Shown here: piece after piece, positions 1 to 8,518 of the stretch
Layout: every line of letters begins with the position of its first letter
Numbering within the stretch: the stretch's first letter is position 1
From: Candidatus Fermentibacteraceae bacterium
GTDB lineage: Bacteria > Fermentibacterota > Fermentibacteria > Fermentibacterales > JCC-6
Direction of reading: 5' to 3'
Assembly: GCA_030592635.1 (NCBI GenBank)
Contig: JAUVIS010000001.1
Coordinates: forward strand, 1 to 55,186
Length of the DNA: 55,186 nt
Translations under genes and position numbers: made by a program
Notes under the pieces: model-generated
Told to the model about the DNA's origin: nothing
What the model saw: the letters and a program-made list of their open reading frames with translations, nothing else
Databases searched by the model: none

Positions 1-114
1 ATCATACTGGAGCCAATCGGCATCGTTTCCCGCGACTGGATCGAGATCAACCGCGATCTGTCCTGCGAAAGCTGCCAGTGAAAGTACAGCAAGAATTGCT
101 GTCGCTTTTTTCAT
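1..114 (-). CDS. Secreted hypothetical protein, N-terminal fragment only (paralog of 202..816; continues beyond the left window edge)
   Basis: nt 1-114 align without gaps to nt 703-816. The first 100 nt are identical and mismatches occur only in the last 14 nt next to the ATG (rc cat at 112-114). It encodes the same signal peptide and DLDPVAGNDADWLQYDD start. An SD-like AAGGGG lies upstream. Confidence 0.6.
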   Translation of the reverse strand, partial: MKKATAILAVLSLAAFAGQIAVDLDPVAGNDADWLQYD

Positions 115-143
115 GATTCCCCTTTCTTCCACATTCCACCAGA

Positions 144-172
144 TAAAAAGGCCGGTCCCGAAGAACCGGCCT
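144..172 (-). terminator. Rho-independent terminator downstream of 202..816
   Basis: On the minus strand, GGCCGGT-tcttcggg-ACCGGCC forms a 7-bp GC-rich stem (arms at 150-156 and 165-171). It is followed by TTTTTA (145-149), 30 nt after the stop of the upstream gene. Confidence 0.6.
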
Positions 173-201
173 TAACAATTCGCTGTACTTCAGTCAGTCG
201 A

Positions 202-816
202 CTAGAACGCCACCTTGAGTGAACCCCATGTGGTGTTGTCAAGAGCCAGAGTAGTATCAGGTATCACGGCGGAAATCCTTACGAAGTAATCGCCGTAAGC
301 CCATGGTTCCCATACGATGAAGTCATCGCTGTTGAAACTGTGGCCTACTGGTGCGGCATCACCGAGGATTGCAGGCCATCCGCCTGCGCTCATCTCTGTG
401 TTGGCAAGTCCCCAGAAGTTACCTTCGGCCGAGAGACCGGGTGCTGCGTAGACTACGCCGACAGGCGCGTAGTGAGTGGCTGTAACCATTGTCTGATCAA
501 GCTGGACGGTGGGCATCATAGCATCGCCGTTCCAGATCTCGGCGTAGAAATCTGATGTATCCCACGGGTAACTGCTGTGGTGGAAGAACCAGAATTCTGA
601 TTCTTCGATCCCCGCACTGGTTTCTCCGGGGATGAAGTCCTCCGTGTTGAACCAGACACCTCTGTACATACCGCCCCATGTGAGCCACTGGGCTGTTCCA
701 TCATCATACTGGAGCCAATCGGCATCGTTTCCCGCGACTGGATCGAGATCAACCGCGATCTGTCCTGCGAAAGCTGCCAGTGAAAGTACAGCAAGAATTG
801 CTATTGCCTTCTTCAT
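202..816 (-). CDS. Secreted hypothetical protein (cleavable signal peptide, Trp/Asp-rich, ends ...TWGSLKVAF)
   Basis: 204-aa ORF. The N-terminus MKKAIAILAVLSLAAFAGQ is a typical Sec signal. AAAGGAG SD lies upstream and a terminator downstream. I recognise no family. Confidence 0.75.
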   Translation of the reverse strand: MKKAIAILAVLSLAAFAGQIAVDLDPVAGNDADWLQYDDGTAQWLTWGGMYRGVWFNTEDFIPGETSAGIEESEFWFFHHSSYPWDTSDFYAEIWNGDAMMPTVQLDQTMVTATHYAPVGVVYAAPGLSAEGNFWGLANTEMSAGGWPAILGDAAPVGHSFNSDDFIVWEPWAYGDYFVRISAVIPDTTLALDNTTWGSLKVAF

Positions 817-878
817 GACTCTCCTTTCTTCTCTGTTTGAGTAGCACGAACCCCTTAAGTTTTTCGCATCACGGGGAA

Positions 879-907
879 AACATTCTGCTTATTTCCAACC
901 ATGTCAA
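879..907 (-). promoter_or_regulatory. Candidate sigma70-type promoter for 202..816
   Basis: On the minus strand, TTGACA (rc of 902-907), a 17-nt spacer, then AATGTT (rc of 879-884). It sits in the 106-nt gap between the uvrB stop and the next start. The -10 is weak. Confidence 0.3.
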
Positions 908-922
908 GCCCCGGCAAAGGGG

Positions 923-2827
923 TCAGTTTCTCTGCCCGAGAAGCTTCTTCATGATGTCACGGTATCTGGCTGCCTCTTCAAATTCCAGATGATCAGCAGC
1001 CTCTATCATCCTTCTCTCCACCTCTGCGATTCTTTCAACCGTATAGGATTCCGCCTTCTCAGCGGCCATCAGAGATTTCTTCCTGCCCATAATATCCGCG
1101 ATACCAGTGGATCTGATTATCTCGTCACGACTTTTGACAATGGTAGTGGGTATAACCCCGTGCAGCTTGTTGTACTCCGTCTGGATATCTCTGCGGCGGG
1201 CGGTTTCATTCAGCGCGAATTTCATTGAATCCGTTATTCTGTCCGCATAGAAAATAACTTTGCCAATATTGTTTCTCGCCGCCCTTCCGGCGGTCTGAAC
1301 CAGACTGGTTCTTGACCGGAGAAAACCTTCTTTGTCCGCGTCCATCACAGCCACAAGTATTACTTCAGGAAGATCCAGCCCTTCCCGAAGAAGATTCACC
1401 CCAACCAGAACATCAAATTCCGCGAGTCTCAGCTCTCTCAGTATGGATACCCGTTCGAGCGCGTCTATCTCGCTGTGAATGTATTTCGTTCGAAAATCCA
1501 GCCTTCGCAGATAATCCGTGAGTTCTTCCGCCATTTTTTTTGTAAGAGTGGTAATGAGAACTCTCCCTGCTTTCTCCGTGGCTGTTCTCACCTGCTCCAC
1601 CAGATCATCCACCTGGCCTTGAGCGGGTCTAACCTCGATAACCGGATCTATCAGCCCCGTTGGTCTTACTATCTGCTCAACGATCTTCTGAGATATCTCA
1701 AGTTCGTAATTCGCGGGAGTGGCGGACATACAGATCTTTCTGCCGGTTATCCCGGTAAACTCCTCCAGGAACAGAGGTCTGTTATCAAGGGCCGATGGCA
1801 GCCTGAAACCATAGTTTACCAGCGTCTGTTTTCTGGATCTGTCACCCTTGAACATGCCTCGTATCTGCGGAATCGTACGATGACTCTCATCAATAAAGAC
1901 AAGGTAATCATCGGGAAAGTAGTCCAGCAGACACGAGGGTCTCTCCCCCTCTTTTCTGTCTCCTATCAGTCTGCTGTAATTTTCAATGCCCGGGCAGTAG
2001 CCTGTTTCACCCATCATTTCAAGATCAAAATTTGTCCGGGATTCAAGACGGTGCGCTTCAAGCATCTTCCCCGCTGCCCGCAGCTCCAGGAGTCTGCCGT
2101 CAAGTTCATCGCGAATCCTGCCCATGGCAAGATTGAGCTTTCTTTCCCCGATAACAAAGTGCCTTGCGGGGAAAATCGTGGTTCTTTCCATGGTGTTCAT
2201 GACATGGCCGGTGAGATGATCCATCTGCTTTATGCTGTCCACCGTATCTCCGAAAAACTCTACGCGAAGACCTGTACTGGCGTAGGAGGGAACAAGATCG
2301 ACAATATCGCCCCTCACCCGGAAGTAGCCCCTGGTAAGGGCGGCATCGTTCCGCCGGTACTGCATTCCCACAAGCTTCACAAGAAGCAGATCCCTGGAAA
2401 GGGTATCACCTGTGACTATCTGAAAACCGGTATTCATGAAGTCTTCCGGCGAGCCCAGACCGTAAAGACAGCTTACCGACGCGACCACAATAACATCATC
2501 CCTGCTGAGAAGACTGGCTGTTGTTCTGAGACGGAGCCGATCCAGTTCCTCATTCAGACTGGCATCCTTCTCTATGAACATATCTCTTGCGGGTATGTAG
2601 GCTTCCGGCTGATAGTAGTCATAGTAGCTCACGAAATACTCAATCGCGTTCTCCGGGAAGAATCCCGACAGCTCGCCGAAAAGCTGAGCGGCAAGAGTTT
2701 TGTTGTGGCAGATCACCAGCGCGGGCAGGTTCATCTTCTCGATAACATTTGCCATTGTGAAGGTTTTACCGGAACCGGTAACTCCCAGAAGAGTCTGCCA
2801 CTCCATTTTTTTCTTCAGACCGTCCAC
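923..2827 (-). CDS. uvrB: Excinuclease ABC subunit B (UvrB)
   Basis: Walker A GVTGSGKTFT, helicase motifs (DESH, TATP-like SATPANYE) and the C-terminal UVR motif EFEEAARYRD. 2827 is the first canonical (GTG) start, but conserved N-terminal sequence continues upstream to about 2896 (see findings). Confidence 0.95.
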   Translation of the reverse strand: MDGLKKKMEWQTLLGVTGSGKTFTMANVIEKMNLPALVICHNKTLAAQLFGELSGFFPENAIEYFVSYYDYYQPEAYIPARDMFIEKDASLNEELDRLRLRTTASLLSRDDVIVVASVSCLYGLGSPEDFMNTGFQIVTGDTLSRDLLLVKLVGMQYRRNDAALTRGYFRVRGDIVDLVPSYASTGLRVEFFGDTVDSIKQMDHLTGHVMNTMERTTIFPARHFVIGERKLNLAMGRIRDELDGRLLELRAAGKMLEAHRLESRTNFDLEMMGETGYCPGIENYSRLIGDRKEGERPSCLLDYFPDDYLVFIDESHRTIPQIRGMFKGDRSRKQTLVNYGFRLPSALDNRPLFLEEFTGITGRKICMSATPANYELEISQKIVEQIVRPTGLIDPVIEVRPAQGQVDDLVEQVRTATEKAGRVLITTLTKKMAEELTDYLRRLDFRTKYIHSEIDALERVSILRELRLAEFDVLVGVNLLREGLDLPEVILVAVMDADKEGFLRSRTSLVQTAGRAARNNIGKVIFYADRITDSMKFALNETARRRDIQTEYNKLHGVIPTTIVKSRDEIIRSTGIADIMGRKKSLMAAEKAESYTVERIAEVERRMIEAADHLEFEEAARYRDIMKKLLGQRN

Positions 2828-2897
2828 AAGTCCTTCTATGGCCCGGGGCTGATGTCCTGCCGGACCATAGGGAGCTTTCAGAGAAAAACCGGACAGG

Positions 2898-4538
2898 TCA
2901 GCCCCTCAGGCTTTCCAGAGGCAGCTCGAAACCCGCGACAGGTACGGTAATCCCCCATGCCTCAAGCACGCCCGGGTGAAATTCCCCGAGAATACCTGCC
3001 TCTTCACCGTCTATCAGTATAACTGCGCTTCTTCCCGGAATAAATCTGGCGTCATCCAGCGGTTTCAGGGAAAGTTCAAGGCCCCTCAAGTGGCAGATAA
3101 CGCCAAGGATGGAATGCACCGTGCCAAAATCCCCGTCACCTGTGCTTACCGCAAGATTCATCTGTGTATGGCAGAGAGTATCGCCAGTTCTGCGCAGTAC
3201 CTCCCCCACGGTAAACAGCCTGTGAGGAAAAGCGGCGTGACCGCTGGAAGACTCCACCTCAAGAAGAGCAGGAAGAAGGGTATTGGACACCACTCCGTAT
3301 TCCGCGGTCATGGGATTATTTATCCTGATGGGCGGTTCCGGAGTTTTTGTACGGGTTGATATCTTGTCAAAGCTTGTAAGGACGGGTCTCATGATCTCTT
3401 CACAGCCGGCACCTACAAGCAGAGCCTTTACAGAACGGGCGAGAATTTCAACAGGTGCCGCGGAGCCCACTGTATACTCAGAGGGAAGAACCGGCTCCAT
3501 GTTGTTAAGCCCTATCGCAATAACGATGTCTTCCATGAGGTCTCTGGGGTGTATCCCGTCCCGCCTGTAAGGAGGCATAACCGCTGTAACAGAGCCCTCC
3601 CCGATTTCAATTTCGCTGTAATCCATCTTTGACAGCAATGCCTCAATATCCAGCTCTTCCGCGTCAGTTCCAATCATCTCGCTGATTTCTTCAAGCGTGG
3701 CGGTAAGAGTATCCCTGTAGAGAACGGGTGTTACAGTAACATTTCCATCAGGGTATCTGATCTCAACCGGGCCGATAACGGCACCCCTGTCCTCCAGGTT
3801 GCAGGCAAGAATTGTTGCGGTAAGGTTGACTGTATGCCAGTCAGTTCCGGTCACCTCACAGAAGAGTCGGCTGTTTCCCGCGACAACCCGCCCGGTGGAA
3901 TGACTGTTGATTACAGGAGGGAATGATAAAACTGCCCCGGAACTGTCTCTGAGAATCGGGTACTTCTGAAAATCGCTCAAAAGTCCGGCATATTTCAGTC
4001 CTGCCTCAGTTTTCAAAAGGATCTCCGCAAGGGTCATTTCACCTTCCCCGCCAAGAGGCTGGAAACCGGTTTCCGGGGAGGTAACGGCATAGCTCACGGG
4101 AAAGCTGATTTCGTCAAGGGGGTAGAAACCGATCGCGGCGGTTTTTCTCTCTTTTCCAAAACTGGAGGCAATCTTCTCCTGAGCGGTTATCAGTGATTCC
4201 AGCCCGTCATCATCCACTTTCCACCCGGTAGCGGTGAATGCGGCGATGAATGGTCTTATCTCCTTCAGATCACTGTGTACATCAATATGCACCGCAGGAT
4301 CAGACAGGGAATCAAGATGAGATTCCGCTCCGTTCTTCCAGCATCGCAATCCTCTTGCCACCCCTTCTGCTGTCCACAGATCCGGTCTGTTTGTATCATT
4401 CAGTTCAATTTTTACAGTTTTCTCATTCAAACCATCCAGCTCCGCCTTGAGAGATTCAAGAAGCTTCTCCAGATTGTCTGTGTTATCCATCTCCGCCAGG
4501 GAAAGAAAATCTCCCAGAGGTATTTCAATTTTAGGCAT
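2898..4538 (-). CDS. pheT: Phenylalanine--tRNA ligase beta subunit, short archaeal/eukaryotic-type architecture
   Basis: About 546 aa beginning MPKIEIPLGDF. It lies directly downstream of pheS, and its ATG at 4538 overlaps the pheS stop. The ORF extends to a GTG at 4550. Its length and N-terminus resemble the archaeal-type beta subunit, not the ~800-aa bacterial type. Confidence 0.9.
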   Translation of the reverse strand: MPKIEIPLGDFLSLAEMDNTDNLEKLLESLKAELDGLNEKTVKIELNDTNRPDLWTAEGVARGLRCWKNGAESHLDSLSDPAVHIDVHSDLKEIRPFIAAFTATGWKVDDDGLESLITAQEKIASSFGKERKTAAIGFYPLDEISFPVSYAVTSPETGFQPLGGEGEMTLAEILLKTEAGLKYAGLLSDFQKYPILRDSSGAVLSFPPVINSHSTGRVVAGNSRLFCEVTGTDWHTVNLTATILACNLEDRGAVIGPVEIRYPDGNVTVTPVLYRDTLTATLEEISEMIGTDAEELDIEALLSKMDYSEIEIGEGSVTAVMPPYRRDGIHPRDLMEDIVIAIGLNNMEPVLPSEYTVGSAAPVEILARSVKALLVGAGCEEIMRPVLTSFDKISTRTKTPEPPIRINNPMTAEYGVVSNTLLPALLEVESSSGHAAFPHRLFTVGEVLRRTGDTLCHTQMNLAVSTGDGDFGTVHSILGVICHLRGLELSLKPLDDARFIPGRSAVILIDGEEAGILGEFHPGVLEAWGITVPVAGFELPLESLRG

Positions 4539-6096
4539 TGTCTTCACCACCCAGCAACTTTTCCGGTGTTGATTTCATTTCTCGCAGTCTGGCCAGATCC
4601 GGATTCAGCAGATCCCTTATGTCCGAAAGACCAAGAGCCAGCAGAGCCATTCTGTCCAGTCCAAGACCCCAGGCTATCACAGGTACATCAATTCCCATAG
4701 GCTCACAGACCTCACGGCGAAAGAGCCCGGCACCGCCCATCTCAAACCATCCCAGTGTGGGATGCTTTACATGAAGCTCCACAGACGGCTCCGTGAACGG
4801 AAAATAAGCCGGAACAAATTTGTACTCGGTTGCTCCGGCAACTTCTGTCGCGAACAGCTTGAGCAGACCCAGAAGGTGTCTCATGTTGATCTCCTCGCCA
4901 AGCACGATTCCCTCGACCTGAAAGAAATCAGGCAGATGTGTGGCGTCAACCTGATCATACCTGAAGCATTTCGCTATTCCGAAATACTTCCCGGGAATGT
5001 CCGGATTCGAGCCCAGAGTTCGTGCGGAAAGAGCTGTCCCCTGAGATCGCATTATAGCTTTCAACGAGCGATCCCACTCAAAGGTGTATTCCCATCCCCT
5101 GCCGCCGGTTTTTCCACCGTTCTCGTGTGCTGCCTTGACCTTGTCGCCCAGTTCGCGGGAGGGGGGCTCCACTTCAACCCCGTCTTCCAGATAGTAAGCA
5201 TCATGAATATCTCTGGCAGGGTGAAACTGCGGCATGAAAAGTGCGTCGCAGTTCCAGAACTCGCTCTCCGCCAGTGAACCTTTCATCTCCTGAAAGCCCA
5301 TGGCCTGAAGCTTCTCCCTTACGGAGTCAAGGAACATTGCGTAGGGATGAAGTCTTCCAATGTGTATCCTTGAAGGGGGAATATCCACCTGGTATCTTCT
5401 GAAAGATCCGTTCTTCCACTCGCCCGAAGCCAGAATCTCCCGGGTGAGAATGCCGATAGTGCTTCTGCCTCTTGCGTTTTCAAAAGCTTCTCTGCCCGGG
5501 GCGGATATCTCGACAACACTGCTTGTGGTCTCATTGATCACGAATTCCGCTCTGGATTTTCCTCTTCTGGGTGCCCTGCCGGAGACCTCCGCGGCTACCT
5601 TCTCATCCAGTTCAGAAAGATGAATTATCTCTCCGTCACTTATTACAGAATAGACACTGCTCCATATCGCCGGGAAAACTCCCCCGGACGGGTCATTCAA
5701 GACCAGCCCTCCGGGGCCTTTCTTCAGTATTCGCGCTTTGAGAAGAGCACCCATCGCGCTTCCCCACTGCGCCCTCTCAAAGAGTTCATTCTTCTGAATT
5801 TCCGGCAGGGAAGATGTGCCGCTCCCCACTGCTTCAAGCAGCGCCAGTTCCGGTATTGTACCCTTTTCGAGATTATCGGAGCCAATCGGCCCCAGCTCAA
5901 CAGTTACAGTTTTCGCGCTGGACAGAATCAATGCCATATCCCTGGAAAGAAGCCACTGAAGAGCTCTTCTGTATGAACCTTCATCCATTCCAGTGCCGGC
6001 CATGATCTCCGTGTCACTGCCTGGACCGTATTCAGACAGCCAGTTCAGCAGAGTTTTCTCCAGAGGGTGCAGATCTTTTGATACAGTTTCTGACAA
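4531..6096 (-). CDS. pheS: Phenylalanine--tRNA ligase alpha subunit, long archaeal/eukaryotic-type architecture
   Basis: The class II aaRS core is present (FQVEGIV..., FPFTEPS, GGAGLFRREV, AWGLGLDRM). The likely start is TTG at 6096, preceded by AAGAAGG. The ORF-track ATG at 6195 would overlap the upstream gene by 86 nt. Confidence 0.9.
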   Translation of the reverse strand: MSETVSKDLHPLEKTLLNWLSEYGPGSDTEIMAGTGMDEGSYRRALQWLLSRDMALILSSAKTVTVELGPIGSDNLEKGTIPELALLEAVGSGTSSLPEIQKNELFERAQWGSAMGALLKARILKKGPGGLVLNDPSGGVFPAIWSSVYSVISDGEIIHLSELDEKVAAEVSGRAPRRGKSRAEFVINETTSSVVEISAPGREAFENARGRSTIGILTREILASGEWKNGSFRRYQVDIPPSRIHIGRLHPYAMFLDSVREKLQAMGFQEMKGSLAESEFWNCDALFMPQFHPARDIHDAYYLEDGVEVEPPSRELGDKVKAAHENGGKTGGRGWEYTFEWDRSLKAIMRSQGTALSARTLGSNPDIPGKYFGIAKCFRYDQVDATHLPDFFQVEGIVLGEEINMRHLLGLLKLFATEVAGATEYKFVPAYFPFTEPSVELHVKHPTLGWFEMGGAGLFRREVCEPMGIDVPVIAWGLGLDRMALLALGLSDIRDLLNPDLARLREMKSTPEKLLGGEDNA

Positions 6097-6109
6097 TTTA
6101 TACCTTCTT

Positions 6110-8437
6110 TTACTCCCAGACAATTTCGTCCGGGTTGAGGAAAAGTCCCTGTTCAGGCCTGGGAATCCGATACTCTCCCTTGAGTACCGTTCCACACTCG
6201 GGGCACTCGGCCATTCCCTCGTTTACAACCGAGTCGCAGACGGGACAGATCCTCGCCAGCATTCCATCTACATAATCAACAAGTTCTTCTGCTGTGACAG
6301 CTCCATCGCTGTTGCTGTCGGCAGCTCCCCTGGATGCCTCCAGGAGGACAGGCGTAAGAATTCTCTCGCTTACGGATCTGTCTTCCCTCGCGGCGGTAAG
6401 GATAAGTATGTTGTCGCCACTGGAGAAATCGTTTACAAAACCTCCTGAATGACAGGCATCCGCAAAGAGGAACACCGAACCGGAAAAACTTCCCAGCAGC
6501 TCGTGCATTTCATCATCAGAGACATCTTCGTCATAAAAACACAGTACCTCATTCACGCCATCGGCTTCCTCGGCTCCGCCTGAACCCGGAGATTCCTGAG
6601 ATCCGTGACCGCTGTAGAAAATAATCAGGCGATCTTCCGAATCGGCTCTGCGGGTAATGTCATCTACAGCATTTCTGAATGCGTCAGCCGTTGCCTCCGC
6701 GTCCACAAGAAGCACAATGCGGTTCGAGTCCACATTCTGCTCATCCCGGAGAAACCGGTAAAAATCAATGGCATCCATACTGGCCCTTGAGAGTATATCC
6801 TCCCGGGACTCATAGCCGCTGATACCGGAAACAATCGCCCAGGTGTCCGCAGAAGCGGGATCACCGGCGGCAAGTCTTTCAGAAGGGATTCTCTCCGCTT
6901 CGATAGTGAAGGTGCCCTCGCCGCTTCTGGAGTAGGCATACACGGTAACACCGTACACCGCATCCTCCTGGCAGTACATTGTTACTGATTCATCCGCTGC
7001 GTTGTCCGCATTGCTCAGTCCACCCTGAGCTTGAAGAACATACCCCGGCCCGCTGACCAGCATATCCAGATCAAAGTCCCGCTGATCACCGCGAAGTTCA
7101 ATAACCAAGGTGCTTCCCGCTTCTCCGTGAACCGTGTAAAACTTCTGTGCTGAAGTCGTCTCATCAATCCGCCCGTGAACAAGACCAGCCACAGGCCGGG
7201 CATCGGTGGATTCCACGGATACTTCACACAACCCGCCCGTTCCGAAATTCATGAAACCTGGAGCAATCCACAGGGTATCTCCCAGCTGGGTCCAGAAGGA
7301 GAACCTCTCGTCTCCCCGTTCTGTCATCATAAATGCGGAAGGCTCACCGTAACTGTTGAACAGTCTGACATCCCCGTCCCTGAGTTTCTCAAAAATTCCC
7401 GATATGGTGTAAAAACCTGAAGAAGGAGCGATGAATCTCAGAAGAGCTGACTGCCCGAACCCTGTTTCCACATTCACAGGGCTGGACTGACCCATATCCG
7501 CAACAGATTGAACAAGGTTAAGTCTGTAGGGGAATTCCTCCAGATCATCTCCAACATCATAAGGATGAACCTCTGCGACAGCGGGAGAATCACCGGCGGA
7601 AACCAGCAGTCCCTCTGAATACAGGTAAGTCCCTGATGAGTACAGCAATTCGCCCGTTGCGTCTCTAACGATCAGGTCGAGATCTCCTTCGTTTTCGAAG
7701 GTTAACTCCAGAAGTGCCTCGCTTTGCAGTACAGGAAGTCTGTAACGCTGCACATCACCTTTAATGGCATCGGCCGTAATGGATTCGGAAAGCACATCCA
7801 TTTCGCCCGATCTCATGATTTCAAGAGTGTAATCTCCACTGCCGCCCTTGTTGTATCTGGAAACCACAATCTGCAGGCTCTCTCCCTCAAGGAGACCCAT
7901 TGAAAGCTTTTCTGTTGAATTGCCGCTGTAGCTTCCGGCCCACAGGCTGTTCCCGGCTCCATAGAGCTCAAGATCAAGATCAGAAATATCATCAGTTCCT
8001 CTGATGAGAAAATTCCATTTGCCCTCTTCATCCGCTGTGAAAGTCCATATCTCCGCCATTTCAGCGGAAGAAAGCGAAGATGAAACACCACTGTTCTCAA
8101 CAGGCTCCGATTCACGATATCTGACTGAGAATTTCACAGGATCATCACTGACGCCCTTGATCCAGAACCAGTAGTCGCTGTATGCGGACAGTATAAGCGG
8201 TTCACCGCCGGTTGAAAAAGCCAGTGGTTCCCCCGCATTGTCATAAGCAGTCATTGGAACAACGGGTGAGGACACCACCTCAATAACCGCGTAATCACTT
8301 TCCAGAATGCGAATCCACTGATAACCTTCAAATTCCGCGCTCTCTGCAGTCTCACCGGCGTTAACGCCGGGAACGATAACAGCATCCGGAAGGGTCACCG
8401 CGAGAGCGGCGACAAGCAGTACAACAACACCAGTCAA
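6110..8437 (-). CDS. Secreted or anchored multidomain caspase-family (peptidase C14-like) protein with PPC-like modules, an EF-hand-like loop and a C-terminal zinc ribbon
   Basis: There is an N-terminal hydrophobic segment. Three PPC-like modules appear (SDLDLELYG, GDLDLIVRD, RDFDLDMLV, each ending in a GxYTxEx-like strand). The caspase His/Cys dyad context is IIFYSGHGSQ ... FLFADACHSGGF. These are followed by DSNSDGAVTAEELVDY and CPVCDS...CPECGT. Confidence 0.8.
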   Translation of the reverse strand: MTGVVVLLVAALAVTLPDAVIVPGVNAGETAESAEFEGYQWIRILESDYAVIEVVSSPVVPMTAYDNAGEPLAFSTGGEPLILSAYSDYWFWIKGVSDDPVKFSVRYRESEPVENSGVSSSLSSAEMAEIWTFTADEEGKWNFLIRGTDDISDLDLELYGAGNSLWAGSYSGNSTEKLSMGLLEGESLQIVVSRYNKGGSGDYTLEIMRSGEMDVLSESITADAIKGDVQRYRLPVLQSEALLELTFENEGDLDLIVRDATGELLYSSGTYLYSEGLLVSAGDSPAVAEVHPYDVGDDLEEFPYRLNLVQSVADMGQSSPVNVETGFGQSALLRFIAPSSGFYTISGIFEKLRDGDVRLFNSYGEPSAFMMTERGDERFSFWTQLGDTLWIAPGFMNFGTGGLCEVSVESTDARPVAGLVHGRIDETTSAQKFYTVHGEAGSTLVIELRGDQRDFDLDMLVSGPGYVLQAQGGLSNADNAADESVTMYCQEDAVYGVTVYAYSRSGEGTFTIEAERIPSERLAAGDPASADTWAIVSGISGYESREDILSRASMDAIDFYRFLRDEQNVDSNRIVLLVDAEATADAFRNAVDDITRRADSEDRLIIFYSGHGSQESPGSGGAEEADGVNEVLCFYDEDVSDDEMHELLGSFSGSVFLFADACHSGGFVNDFSSGDNILILTAAREDRSVSERILTPVLLEASRGAADSNSDGAVTAEELVDYVDGMLARICPVCDSVVNEGMAECPECGTVLKGEYRIPRPEQGLFLNPDEIVWE

Positions 8438-8518
8438 TGCAACCGCCTTTCAACTCCAGTACAAAAACAGGCACAGGTATTCAAGGCAGTAAGATAACAG
8501 AAAGTGGACAAAACCGGG

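Noticed and set aside
1475-2950. 491-aa plus-strand ORF
   Set aside because: It is entirely antisense to uvrB, whose identity is unambiguous. The product is low-complexity with no motifs and no SD. This is a typical shadow ORF.
6097-6195. ATG-start extension of pheS
   Set aside because: It would overlap the upstream caspase-like gene by 86 nt. The TTG at 6096 with an AAGAAGG SD gives a 13-nt intergenic gap.
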